From the NCBI RefSeq assembly GCF_006345805.1, contig NC_043003.1:64728001-64792000 (forward strand): a stretch of 64,000 nt of DNA, read 5' to 3'. A program made the position numbers and the translations under genes. The stretch is from Octopus sinensis. Lineage: Eukaryota. Of the stretch, positions 14,128-28,296 are shown in pieces. The notes beneath the pieces are model-generated. The model worked only from the letters and a program-made list of their open reading frames with translations. It did not search any database and was not told where the DNA came from. Positions within the stretch are counted from its first letter, which is position 1. Every line of letters begins with the position of its first letter.

Positions 14128-14789
14128 AAAGTTTTTGTTTAACAAACGAGAGTAAATGAACGAGGGTGGTGGGAACAGTCAGTTGATTGTGAGTAGCTAA
14201 TGCCATGATCTGCAGTACTTAGAGCTCTTCATCCTCTGCATTCATTTTACCGAAATTCTACCCGAAAGAACAAAAACAGCGGAAAAACTTCTGAACAGCG
14301 ACGGCGCGCAGTGCCAGCTGCATATTCGTAAATGTGTATGCACTGGCGCAGAAGTGGCTGTGTAGTAGGGAGCTTGCTTCCCAACCACATGGTTCCGGGT
14401 TCAATCCCACTGCGTGGCACCTTGGGCAAGTGTCTTCTTCTATAGCCTCGGGCCGACCAAAGCCTTGTGAGTGGATTTGGTAGACGAAAAGGAAAGAAGC
14501 CCGTCGTATATATATATATATACATGGAGTAGATAAAACATGGGACAACTGATGAAGGGGAATATTCTATATGTAGCCTCCCTCGTTTCTCTGTTTGTTT
14601 CTTTCGTTGTTCTAAAAAAAGTTCGTTTTCTATGTTTTTTGCTTTTATGTTCTCGTTTTTCATTCTGTCCACGTCTTTTTGATATCCTGTACCCATATAT
14701 GCATGTATATAGACATGTAGGTATGTACATATATGTATGTATATATGCATATATTTATATATATTTATGTATTAGTCTAGCATATGTGT

Positions 14790-15290
14790 TCTCTTTCTCA
14801 CTGATCTTCAGCTTTATGTATGTATGCATGTATGCATGTATGTATGTATATATGCATGTATGTATGCATGTATATATATATATGTATGCATGTATATATG
14901 TATGTATGTGTGTATGCATGTATGTATGCATGTATATATGTATGCATGTATGTATGTATATATGCATGTATGCATGCATGTATGTATATATGTATGTATG
15001 TATGTATGTGTGTATGCATGTATGTATGCATGCATGTATGTATGTATGTATGTATGTATGCATGTATTATGTATGCATGCATGTATGTATGCATGCATGT
15101 ATGTATGTATGCATGTATTATGTATGCTTGTATGTATATATGTATGCATGTATGTATGTATGCATGTATGTATATATGTATGTATGTATATATGTGTGTA
15201 TGTTTGTATGTATGTGTCAAAGTATATATATAGATGTATATCTAAGTATATATACAGACGTATGTATGTATGTACGTACGTACGTACGTA
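14790..15290. repeat. Degenerate (ATGT/ATGC)n tetranucleotide block
   Basis: Directly visible. Similar blocks lie at 30530-30900 and 39960-40440. Confidence 0.95.
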
Positions 15291-15563
15291 TCTCACTAGT
15301 CAGTTTCATTTCAAGATTTCTTGCCAATAGAACCTAGATCCAAGGTTCCTTCATTGTAACTTCAACAACACCAACAGAGTATTGTATGTATGTATGTATG
15401 TATGTACGTAAGTATGTATATATATATATATATATATATCTTTCTCTCTCTATATATATATGTACGTATGTATATATATATACACACGCACACACATACA
15501 TACATCTGTGTACGGTTAAATGCACGATTACTACTGTATGACTAATAACTTCACGTAGGTTAT

Positions 15564-15608
<45 letters not shown>

Positions 15609-16426
15609 ATCATGAGCTTGATTGGACAGGTGTTTGCCTAATGGAAATAACGAATTGCGTGGGTGAGTTCGGGACGAGCAGCGATGTTGTTTCATGGAGA
15701 AGAGATAATATAACAGAAAGGTGAAACAGACAGAAGGGATGAAGGGAAAATATGGGGGAGAAGAAGCAGGACAAAAAAAAAAGAGAGAGAAAAAGTAGAA
15801 GACGAAGAAAAAAAGAAGTGAAAAGGAGTGAAAGAAAGAACGGAGGGAAGGAAGGAAAGAAAGAAGGAAAGAAGGAAGAAAAGAAGGAAGGAAAGAAGGA
15901 AAGAAGGAAAGAAAGAAAGAAGGAAGGAAAGAAGGGAGGAATGAACGAAAGAAAGAAAAAAGGAAGGAATGGAAGAGAGAAGGAAGGAAAGAAAGACAGA
16001 AGGAAGGAAAGGAAGAAAGAAGTAAAGAAAGAAGGAAAGAGAGAGGGAGAGAAAGGGAGAGAGAGGGAGAAAAAAAGCAAGAAATAAATATGGGAAAATT
16101 TAGGAGAAGTAAGTTAGAGAATGAAATTGGGGTGAAGAGGTACGCTCAGAAAAGAAAGAAAAGGAGGCAAGTCAAATTTGTAGCTGAATAATAGTAGTGG
16201 AGGTATGAGACGTTTTGCCTCAGCTGTTTTGGCGGCGCAGATTTGGCGTCGCTGATTCAACGCTGACTTATTTGACAGCAGACTTTTTAATGTTTCTCAC
16301 GTTCTCCCATTCTTTCCATTCCCCGCCTTCTCTCTGTTTTTATGTGTGAGCATATTTCTCTTTTATATATGAGGAGACGGAAAGGGTTTATGTCAGTCGT
16401 GTTCAATCAACAATTTATAATATATA

Positions 16427-16837
16427 TAGGCGTAGGAGTGGCTGTGTGGTAAGTAGCTTGCTTACCAAACACATGGTTCTGGGTTCGGTCCCACTGCGTG
16501 GCACCTTGGGTAAGTGTCTTCTACTATATCCTCGGGCCGACCAAAGCCTTGTGAGTGGATTTGGTAGACGGAAACTGAAAGAAGCCTGTCGTATATATAT
16601 ACCTATATGTGTGAGTGTGTGTGTGTGTGTGTATGTTTGTGTGTTTGTCCCCCACCCCATCACTTGACAATCGATGTTGGTGTGTTTACGTCCCGGTAAT
16701 TTAGCGGTTCGGCAAAAGCGACAGATAGAATAAGTACTTGGCTTATACACAATAAGTCCTGGGGTCGATTTGTTCGACTAAGGACGGTGCTCCAGCATGG
16801 CTACACTCAAATGACTGAAACAAATAAAAGAATAAAA

Positions 16838-16840
<3 letters not shown>
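16427..16840 (+). mobile_element. SINE family B (tRNA head, CORE-like CACCTTGGGCAAGTGTC, internal TA/TG microsatellite), representative full copy
   Basis: About 25 full or half copies in the window, e.g. 11665-12050, 22958-23470, 24014-24385, 49785-50130 and 59080-59615 (+), and 26450-26870, 34555-35025 and 60250-60765 (-). Confidence 0.88.
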
Positions 16841-16884
<44 letters not shown>

Positions 16885-17290
16885 TCTCTCTCTCCACTGC
16901 ACACACACACACTCTCTCTCTCTTTCTCTCCACAGTATCTCTGTCACTCTTTCTATGTATCTGTAAGTGTATATTTCTGTGTGTATGTGCGCGTTAGTAT
17001 GAGTGTGCGTTTACCTCTAGTGCCAAAAAGTACTATTACAGGCTATATGTGCAGTCAGCCAAGCCAAATGGACTGAGTCCAGACATTCACATCAAACATT
17101 TGCACCTTTCCACTCTGTAGTAGTGACCCTTAGTTGTAGAAGATGTAAACGTAGCGGAATGTATAAATGAGAATCTCTGAGAGACGTGGTGAGCTTGAAA
17201 CAACGATGGTAAGAATATGTATAATCGACGATACCTGACTGTAGAATATAATGGTAAAAAACAAAATTATTTAATAATAATCTGATGTGA

Positions 17291-17338
<48 letters not shown>

Positions 17339-17742
17339 TGGTAGTAGTAGTAGTAGTATTAGTAGTAGTATTAGTATTAGTAGTATTAGTTGTAGTAGTA
17401 GTAGTAGTAGTAGTAGTATTGGGGTATATGCTGTAACAGCGCGTTGCTGCATCTACCAGTTAGTCGGTGATCCCCTACTCCAGGTTGATGACACTTTTGC
17501 ACTACTCGGGCGGCAACCCCCCCCCCCCCCCCAACCTATGGGTCTGTTTGGGTAGTCGTTGCTAGTGAGGGTTTTGCGAGATCGAAGTACATATCCCACC
17601 TCAACCTCTTTTAGATGCATTTTACGACACGGAGAGAAGAAACTGGGTCGCTTCTTTGACATGCCGTTCACCACACAGCACAGACTGTCCAGGTTAAGCG
17701 TCCCTACACTCACACACTGATGTGATAATATTGTATTACTAC

Positions 17743-18197
17743 TAAGGCAGTGAGCTGGCAGAAACGTTAGCACGCCGTGCGAAATGCGTAGCCGTATTTC
17801 GTCTGCCGTTAAGTTCTGAGTACAAATTCAGCCGAGGTCGACTTTACCTTTCATCCTTTCGGGATCGATAAATTATGTACCAGTTGCGTACTGGGTCGAT
17901 CTAATCGACTGGCCCTCTCCCCCAAAATTTCGGGCCTTGTGCCTAGAGTAGAAAAGAATATTGTGTTACTAGTAAAGGCGGTGAGCTGGCAGAACCGTTA
18001 GCACGCCGGGCGAAATACGTAGTCGTATTTCGTCTGCCGCTACGTTCTGAGTTCAAATTCCGCCGAGGTCGACTTTGCCTTTCATCCTTTCGGGGTCGAT
18101 TAAGTAAGTACCAGTTATGCACTGGGTCGATGTAATTGATTTAATCCCTTTCTCTATCCCCTCTACGTTTAACTCTCTGTGGGCAATAAAGAAATAA
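17743..18197 (+). mobile_element. SINE family A, two full heads in tandem
   Basis: AAGGCAGTGAGCTGGCAGAA A-box head occurs twice, each with the shared core. Confidence 0.85.
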
Positions 18198-19731
18198 ATA
18201 TTGTGTCAAATCAAAAGTTATGCAACATTTTGGTAGCTTATTTGTTTTATCGGTCAATTTACAACGAAGCAGCCTAGCATTGAAAGTAGAAACTATCGTA
18301 TTGCATCGTCGGAAGTCGCCTTTCTGCCAGTTATTTGATCCCACGTTCACTTCTTGCACTCGCGACTCTTTGTCAACCAAGAAGAAATGGACGCTTTAGT
18401 GAAGAAGTTCTTCACCTCGAAGGACAAGAGATGGTATCAGTTCGAGTTCAAAGTTCTGCCTTGAATATTAGGCTGCTTTTGTTGTAATTTGACAAATAAT
18501 GCAACTAAGTTGCTAAAATATTGCAAAACTTATGACTCAACCTAATATTGTACTGGGTATGACAATAAACTGCATCCAGTGGCAAGGATCCAGTTGGGGA
18601 GTTCAGGAGCTGTGGGGAATGTGGAGTTACCCTTTAGTTGTCATCATTCCCAGGTCTTCTCTGGCCCGGAGTAGTAGTACCTGTTAGGGCCCCATTTATA
18701 GGTTAAATAATTACCTTACTCGAGTGGCGCCGGTAAGTTATAATCAGCCATTGAAAAGAACCATGGAGAGTGTGCTTAACAGTATTAGGGTTAGAGCCCC
18801 TAACTACACTGTTAGGGAGCAGCCTGGTCGTTATGACTCTGTTGGTTTAGAGCCATGTATGAAAAAAATGTGTAAAATTATATATAATTGTGCATGGCTG
18901 CGTGGTTAAGAAACTTTCTTTGCAACCACGATGTCAGTGAGGATGGTGTGATCACATTCACTTATACTCCATGGAAACCAGGTGACCAGCCCTACGAGTC
19001 CTCGGACACGAGTCATTAATGGCCAAGCGATTATCTTTTTCAACACTTAGGAAGTGAATACTGGAGGTAAGCTTCGGTAGAATTTGAACACAGAACGTAA
19101 TCATAATTAATTTCATTTCCTTTTGAAGTCGGTCGCTGCAGCTTTCTATCTAGGTGGGTGAGTTATTTCCTGGAGAGGATAGATTTAGAATCCAGACGAG
19201 TGAAGAAAGCTGATGAAACTATGTCAAGATGGCTGTTGTTGATAAAGCACTGCAATTAGAAAATCCTTCCAAAGGTGAAGACTAGCTCAGTTCTCTCTGC
19301 CCGACTCAGATGGAGGGTACAGGCTAAGAGGGGAAACGCATATGACCCTGAGATACCTGTTAACGATACAAAAAGGTTTCCAGCATTGCAATGGATTTAG
19401 AAAAGCTTGCAAAACTACTAACTCCTGCAGTTTCTGCATCGGTCAAAACATCTCTGGTGTTTACTTCACCAACATACTCTAGACTTCAGCAGTTACGGCT
19501 ATTTCTATGATAATTACTATACTGGCCGCAATGAAAGTCGCGAGTAGTGCGCACCTACACGTTCTTCAATAAATAGTAGGACACTGAAGACGTACTTACC
19601 GTAAACAAGTTGAAGATCGCTGGCCTCCGATAGCATCTCTAGCTTGGCGCTGGGTATTTAATTAGCGGAAAATGTGTTTATATTGGGAGTAAACGGAAAA
19701 CATTTAAGGTCTATTAGACTGCTCACACACA

Positions 19732-19785
<54 letters not shown>

Positions 19786-20467
19786 ACAGACATACACACG
19801 CGCACGCGTACATTCATATATGTATATATTGCGTATGTCTGAATGTGTATATACTCATTGTATACACACACACATATATATATACATGTATATAAATTGC
19901 ATATATATATATATATATAATAATATTCGTATAAATGCTTTTATGAAAATGTATGTGTATACATAAATATATACATTGATACATGTGTGTATGTGTGTGT
20001 GTGTATGGGTGCGTGCTTGTGTATGTCGGAGGTGTGTGTTTGTGTGTATGTATGTGCATGCACGTTTGTGTGAAGGCGTAGGTTGACTGAATGCTTAAGA
20101 GACTTGCTTCCCAACCACAAGGTCTCAGTTTCGACTTCTCTGCATGGCATCTTACATAGAGCTTCATATTGACCCATATTTTGTGAGTAAAGCTGTGTAG
20201 GCGGAAACTGTACTGAAGCCTGTTGATGGATTGTAACGTGTAATTCAATGACACAGCCTTGTCACACATTGTATCGCGCTGTTTATTCTTTCCATTAAGA
20301 GTACGCTTGTCTGTGAAATTCTCAGCATCTTTGGTATTAATTCAGATACAACCGAACTAAATATCCCTGTTACCACCATATCCATCATGCACACACAAAC
20401 GCACGCATACACGCAAACACACACACACACACATTCAATATATACATTCACACATACGCTCACATAT

Positions 20468-20504
<37 letters not shown>

Positions 20505-20543
20505 ATGGATGTGTGAATGTATGTATGTATATATAGTATATAG

Positions 20544-20655
<112 letters not shown>

Positions 20656-21801
20656 AAGAGAGAGAAAGAGAGAGACAGACAGATAGATAGATAGATAGAT
20701 AGATAAATAAATTTCAAAAATATGTAGAAATAGATGAAAAAGTTTCAATATATATATATATATGGTTAGAACAAACAGCGATTTGGAATCGTGTGTACTA
20801 TTTGACTGGAGTCGAAAATCCTGGTACCGTTGCAACTCTTCTTAGCGTTACATGCATAAATATTTACACATATACATAGATGTACATTTATATATGGGGG
20901 AATTCGACTCGTGAACAAATAAGACCACTTCTTGAACCCATTTCACTTTAAGAAACGACTGACATTTGCACCCCCGCCATCGCTGATGACTTCTCATGTG
21001 GCAATTAGGGCCTTTGTGGGACTTAAAAAATCATTACACAAGTCAGCGTTGCAGTAACAGCCTGACCATCAGGATATTGAGACCTACAATGCCGAGGAGA
21101 CCATTAGCCGAACCACACATTCTGCCACACAAAGTGTAGCCTCCATGACCACGCTTGCGACCTCAGACTTGACCACCCTGAAAACAGACTCTTCTGTGCT
21201 CTTCTCAAGGCACACACAATCAATCTGAGGTTTAATGGAAATGAGTACATTTCAGGGATTCTCCATGTGAGGTTCCTGTGCGAATATATACACTCAGTCT
21301 TATATACATATGGGATACGTATACATGGACACACATAAACAGTAATGAAACATGCACACCCTTGTTTTCTAACGCGACACGCACACCTGTAAGAGCAAGT
21401 TTATCCACACGCACACGGGTATGCATTCATTAACCAATTGAGGTAGCCATATACCCCAACAACTGTCCAGACTAAAGTATAAGAACCGTGCAAATTTATT
21501 AGTGACTATCTTGATTTCTGTAGAAGAAAAGAACTTAAAATTCTTCTCCAAGCATAAACATACGCGCGCACACACACACATATAGAATGCGCTTCCCCAC
21601 AGTTTCTGTCTACCGAATTTACTCACAAGGCATTGACCAACCCGGTGCCTAAGGTGTGCGCAGTGGGGTTGAATCCAACATCCCGTGATTGCAAAGTGAA
21701 CTTCTTAACCACACAATATGTCAACACTTATGATAGAAATGAATTCGCACTAAATCTGGAATTAAACAAACTAATTAACCTTCTATTTTCTTTATTTTCA
21801 G

Positions 21802-22190
21802 ATGATGTCCCTGAATCCACAAGACTTCAAATGTGTACCCATACTTTATAGTTCTGCTGATCAGAACAGCATGATCGTCATAAACAATTTAAACAAAGTA
21901 AACAGTCGTTCTAACGATGCCAGTATAAAAGGCAATGTAAATGACGGCCAGAAAGCGATGCGGCGTACTGACAATGTTGCTAAGCAACATCGAAATGCCG
22001 TTAACCTCCAAAAGGACCCCAGAAGCAATAATGTCAGTTACAAAGAAAGATCTGGTGCAGCATTCAGTTTATCCGAAGATCTGCTCGTTAAATCAAATAA
22101 AAGTAGTTCTACAACTACCAAAGAATCTCCAAGATCGCTCCAGTGTACGGTGCCTTTAGCCAATGTGAACTTTAACCGCAAAGGATTTCG
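21802..22190 (+). CDS. LRR-pseudoprotease gene, exon completing the LRRCT (MMSLNPQDFKC) plus an S/N/K-rich linker
   Basis: Acceptor tttattttcAG at 21800-21801 (phase 0). It supplies the missing last Cys of the LRRCT. Donor CG|GTAAGT at 22191 (phase 2). Confidence 0.88.
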
Positions 22191-23120
22191 GTAAGTATAA
22201 CATAATAGAAAATGTATGCAGAAGTATTTTTTCTTAGAAATTGTTGTGTCATATTGCACAGCGGTCCGCCTATGTCCGCCATGTTCTCTAGTATCTTTGG
22301 ACTGCTTATAGGAAACATTCTAGATGATAAATGTAGCATGTATGGTCCTAGCTCAACATCTTCCCATTTCTTGAAGGAAACAAATACTGTTTATTGAAAT
22401 GGATTTGAACGAGCTTTTTACGGCGCAGTTGATTTTGAGGGAAAGACTTGCTTACAAAAATTGCCTGTACAAGTTAACAGGAGTCATCAGGGAATAATGC
22501 GTACCGTTTCGGGACCTTCCGATCCCAAGCGAAAGTGTGTGAGAGATAGAGATAGATACATATATAGATAGATAGAGGGAGAGAGAAAGAAAAAAAAAAC
22601 CGTCTCAGCGAAAGGGAGAAGTAGAGAGAAAGAGATAGAGCGATAGAGAGGAGGAAACAGAGAAAAACTTTGTACAATATTGTATCATGTCATTTCTGCC
22701 TCAATGTTAAGTGAAATGCATACAGGCGTACGTATGCGCGTACGCATGTGTATGTGTGCGTGTTTAACTGTACGTGAATATGCACGAGTATGTGCTTATC
22801 GTAAGCGGGATATTAAATCCGTACAACAGGGTCCATGGTCCCTCTTCACATGTAATTACTTTGAAGGAAGAAAAGATTTTTCAGTATGTGTGTGCGTATA
22901 TATATATATATATATATGCTGTATACGTATGTACATGTGTGTGTGTATGTGTGTATACAGGCTCGGGCGTGACTTTGTGGTAGACATTTGCTTCCCAACC
23001 ACATGGTTCCAAGTTCAATCCTACTGTGTGGCATCTTGGGTAACTTTCTTCTACTACAGCCTCTGGGCAACGAAAGCCTTCTCAGAAGAATTTGGTAGAC
23101 GGAAATTGAAAGAAGCCTAT

Positions 23121-23164
<44 letters not shown>

Positions 23165-23165
23165 C

Positions 23166-23241
<76 letters not shown>

Positions 23242-23695
23242 GTGTGCGAGTGTATGTATCTTTGTGTTTATATTTGTTCCCCACCACTAAAACTTGAGAA
23301 CTGTTATTGACGAGTTTACGTCCCCCGTAACATAGCGGTTCGGCAGAAGAGACCGATAGAATAAGCGTCAGGCTTAACGAAAAGTAAGCACAAGAGTCAA
23401 TTCATTCGACTAAAATTCAAGGCTGTGCCTCAGCATGGCTGCAGTCTGATGACTGAAACACGTAAAAGATAACACACACACACATACACACACACACACA
23501 CATGATGTATATAAGTATGTATGCATGTATGTATACACACATATTGTGAAATGTAATTTTCGGTCATATCCTTCCTAAATTATGTATATAAAATGTGTTA
23601 GATTGCCGCGAAGGCAAGATATACTAATTACTGCCCTATTTAGTTAAGTAGCAAAAACTAAGAATACTCACATACATACATATATACATGCATGC

Positions 23696-23745
<50 letters not shown>

Positions 23746-23977
23746 AACAGAGAGAGGAGAGAGAGAGAGAGAGAGAGAGAGAAGCACAATATTAGGTCAA
23801 GTACCATACATAAATATATAAAAGCAAAGTAGACAGATATTCATTAACACTCACACACACACGCCCACGTGCACAGACACGCACCTGCACACACGCACAT
23901 GTGCACGCACGCACAGCCACGTGTTCACTCATACATATATACAAATATGTATGCGTACATTAATGTATATGTGTGTG

Positions 23978-24008
<31 letters not shown>

Positions 24009-24587
24009 GGGGGCAGGAGTAGCTGTGTGGTAAGTAGCTTCCTTACCAACCACATGGTTCCAGGTTCAGTCCCACTATGTTGCACCTTCAGCAAGTGTCT
24101 TCTACTATAGCATCGAGTGGATTTGGTAGACGGAAACTGAAAGAAGTCCGTCGTATATATATATGTGTGTGTATATGTTTGTGTGTCTGTGTTTGTACCC
24201 CCCAACATCGCTTGACAACTGATGCTAGTGTGCTTACGTCCCCGTAATTTAGCAGTTCGGCAAGAGAGGCCGATAGAATAAGGACTACGCTAACAAAGAA
24301 TAATTCCTGGGATCGATTTGCTCGACTAAAGGCGGTGCTCCAGCATGGCCGCAGTCAAATAACTGAAACCAATAGAATAAAATAAAAGAGAAAATATGTA
24401 TGTATGTATATGTATGCGTACATACATCTATATTACTTATATTATAACATTCGTTACTGTTGGCCAAATGTTCCGTTCTAGGATGCTTGTCAAAAGCAAA
24501 TATATTCGCAGACATGTCTATTTGCACGCATACATACGGATGTAAATACACACAAACAAACACACACACACACACACACCACACACA

Positions 24588-24618
<31 letters not shown>

Positions 24619-25059
24619 CGTCAACTAACCCTGTGTGACGAGAAATGAGGTAGACCCCATTATCGTTGGGACCAGAGGACTGCATTTATTAAACGTTACA
24701 GCTATAAAGACTTACAATCAGGACTTTAAGTTTTGTGTTAACAATTCGATTATCGAATTGTGGATACAGAAACTTAAATTCCTGAATCTAAGCCTCCATG
24801 ACTGTATGTATACATACATACATACATACATACATACATACATACATACATAGGCGCAGGAGTGGCTGTGTGGTAAGTAGCTTGCTTCCCAACCACATGG
24901 TCCCGGGTTCAGTCCCACTGCGTGGCACCTTCGGCAAGTGTCTTCTACTATAACTCAATGTGTTCCGTTCATTAGATCAACTGGAACCCTTGTTGTAACC
25001 GTCGGAGTGCCACGACAACGATATGTATATATATATGTATATGTGCATATACACATATC

Positions 25060-25112
<53 letters not shown>

Positions 25113-25533
25113 ATGTTTGTGTGTGCGCGCGCGTGTGTGTATGTCACGATGAATCTCCCCGAGAATTACGTAAGAGGTATACGTGTCTGTGGAGTGCTCA
25201 GCCACTTGTACCTAATTTCACGATCAGGCAGTTCCGTCGATCAGGTCAACTGGAACCCTCGTCATCATAACCGACTAAGTGCCACGACTGGGTCAACTTC
25301 GGCCGAAACTTATCTAAGTAATCTAAGCATTTTCCCACTTTTGACAGCATCGTATCGTGTATGATTCGTAAACTGTTATCTTTTCCATTCTATACTTTCA
25401 CAGTTCCTAACTTTCATGTAATAATTATTTGTACGCTTTTGTTTACGACAGAATTATTTAATTAACTGATTAGCTACTTCCTTATTTTATCTCTTATATA
25501 TTTACATAAGTATTTATTGATTTATCTTTACAG

Positions 25534-26215
25534 GAAATTCAAGGCTGAGCTGTTCCACTTCCATGCGACGGTGATCGATTCCTTTGGCCAAATTGTTTGT
25601 AATGGACACTCATTATCGCCCACTTGGATCCTTACAACACTCTCTTGCATTCGCTCATTAATGACCACATCTAGTGACAACACGGGCAGTTTCCCTATAA
25701 ATACACAAGTCAGAATTGGGCACGGTCACCCGAGAGAGATAAACAAGGTTATTGTCCAACCAGGCAATGGTTCACTGGCTTTACTTCGGGTTCACAGTAA
25801 TTCGTCTTTCCAGGATGAACATCGTATTGGTGACGTGTGTCTGATGAATAAAACCGACTTCTCTATCGTTACAAAAACACTCAAGACCGGAGCTTTTACT
25901 GCGAATGTCGACGGTCGTAAGTCAGGCTCGAAACTGAAAGCCGTCCGTGCCAAATACAGCCCTGCATTTTGTTCAAGACAACCGAATAAAATATGTGTCC
26001 GTATGCAGAATCGAACCCGTCAGAAAAGGGGTTTACTTACCTTAGGATCACCATTATATTTTGGGAGTTCATCTAATTGGCGTTTAGTAGGAATCGGATC
26101 AGGTTTTAAATCAACGTCAAACACAGAAATATCCCCGACGCCATCTTTGAACATAGTCGATTTCTATCCTTTATGGAATATTTTAGAATGGTTAAATAGA
26201 ACTATTTCGACTTGA
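25534..26215 (+). CDS. LRR-pseudoprotease gene, terminal exon: trypsin-like serine protease homolog lacking catalytic residues
   Basis: Acceptor tttatctttacAG at 25532-25533, whose phase 2 matches 22190. Motifs CNGHSLSPTWILTTLSC (cf. CGGSLI...WVLTAAHC), SLALLRV (cf. DIALLKL), DVCL, FCSRQPNKIC and LTLGSPL...WRLVGIGS (cf. GDSGGPL...W.LVGIVS). Stop TGA at 26213-26215. Confidence 0.85.
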
Positions 26216-26318
26216 GGAAACAAACAGTAAAATAAGAAAAAACTACATAAAACAAACAATAATACAAAAAAAGCAATCAACTCTTTTCTTTCCGTAAAAC
26301 GAAATTAAAATGAAATGT

Positions 26319-26351
26319 AATAAAATCTAAAATAAGATTCTGTAAAATAAA
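26319..26351 (+). terminator. Candidate polyadenylation signals (AATAAA x2) of the LRR-pseudoprotease gene
   Basis: AATAAA at 26319 and 26346, about 100-135 bp after the stop. The context is A-rich, so the motifs could be chance. Confidence 0.35.
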
Positions 26352-27505
26352 ATTCTAAATATTCTATAAAATATATGTGACTATGATGAAAAAAAAAAAC
26401 TATGAAATTATAACAAAACAAAATCGTAACTCGTAACGGTCTTTTATAGCTTGCTTGTTTCAATCATTGGACTGCGGCCATGCTGGGGCACCACCTTGAA
26501 GGGCTTTGAACAAATTGACCCAACTAGTTATGTTATTTTCTTGAAGTTTGTTACCTACTCTGTCATGTTACCTACTCTGTCGATGCCCAACCACTAAGTT
26601 ACAGAGACGTAAACAAATCAATACCGGTTGGCAAGCGGTGGAGGAACGAACACACTAAAAAAATGTATATGCATATTTAGAGAGAAATATAGATAAATAC
26701 GATGGGCTTCCGTACAGTTTCTGTGTATCAAGTTCACTCGTAAGGCATTAGCCTGTCCGAGGCTTGTAGTATAAAACAATTGCCCAAGGTGACGCGCATT
26801 GAGACTGAACCCAGAGTCACGTGGTTGCACAACAAGCTTCTTAACGACACAACCACACTTGCTCTTATAAACATTATGATTGCTTTTTTTTTTTCGGAGT
26901 ATTAAACTCATCCTCAGAGACGAAACATTTAACTTTAATAATAATATTTACGTTATGCTTCAAATAATTTCATCTTCCATCGTCATCAGGTGTGTATTTT
27001 TTCCAGGTATGTACATAATATATAATATATAGTCCCGAAATCGATTCGTATTAGGTACCTGTATGTTTACACAAGGATGATAATACTGCTATCCTTGAGA
27101 GACCCTTGTCATATGGGCCATATATGCAGATAAGGCAGCTGATGATGATTGGAGATGAAGACCTGATTGAAAATTCGTGCAGATGTAAATACTCAAAGAA
27201 AAAATAAAATAAAATAAAAGAGGAAAAGAAAAATTTTACCTCTAATGATGAGGTTATTGTCTGAAAAGTTAATCTCAATTTTCATAATAATTTATCTGAG
27301 GCATTAAGATGAATACAAGAAATTGGTTAGTAAAATTTTAAAATGATATATTGAAATAATTTTACATGAGTGTGTGTGTATGTGCTCGCATGTGCGTGCA
27401 TGTATGTGTGTATGTGTGTGAGACGTATGTATACATTGGTACATATATATATATATATATTGGTAATAGTAAAGTTAGAACGCATGAAGTACTTCTTCCC
27501 TAGTT

Positions 27506-27573
<68 letters not shown>

Positions 27574-27757
27574 AATCTATCTATCTATCTATTACACACA
27601 CATACATACATACTTACATACCTATAATAATATAAATAATATATATATGCATATATACTTACGTATATGTACATACATCTATACGTTTATATATGCATAT
27701 GTGGGCACAGGACATATATATACACACACATATATACACTCACATATATACATATAC

Positions 27758-27813
<56 letters not shown>

Positions 27814-28296
27814 GTATGTATGTATAAGATTTATTTAAATGCAAAACAGCATATTACAAATTAGATATTTAAAAAAAAAACATTTTGTTGACCAGTTTAT
27901 TGAAAACGAAAGTTAAAAATGCATTCAATCAGTTTCTCGAACAAATCACAATTTACTTATCTCCTGCGCTACATAAATTCACATACTCAATTGTCAACAG
28001 ATAAATAAAACAAGCGGTTTCAATATATTTATCAACGCGTGTTTTCTCGTAGACAAAATAATTTTCATGTTCTGTTTGTTACTTTGGAAACGGGCATGAA
28101 TGTGTCAGTGGCTCACGATTGGCTAAAATTACCAAAATTTTCAAACTCTAATTGCTAATAACGCTTTATTTCGTAATTTATAGCGAAAATGATTTTCATG
28201 TCATTCATTAGCCAATAAAAGTGTATCATTACACTAAATATGAAATCAATTCGAACAGAAATTGATGCTGGCAGCCACACCGACAAGATCCCATGG

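Noticed and set aside
15752-16087. K/E/R-rich ORF
   Set aside because: Translation of a polypurine low-complexity tract.
20990-21250. Possible LINE zinc-knuckle remnant in the intron
   Set aside because: Too degenerate to assign by eye.
26885-27170. Further hammerhead-like cores (CTGAGGA minus at about 26915; CTGATGA plus at about 27139; also 46761 and 14547)
   Set aside because: Stem I, stem III or GAAA could not be completed, so they are at best decayed remnants.
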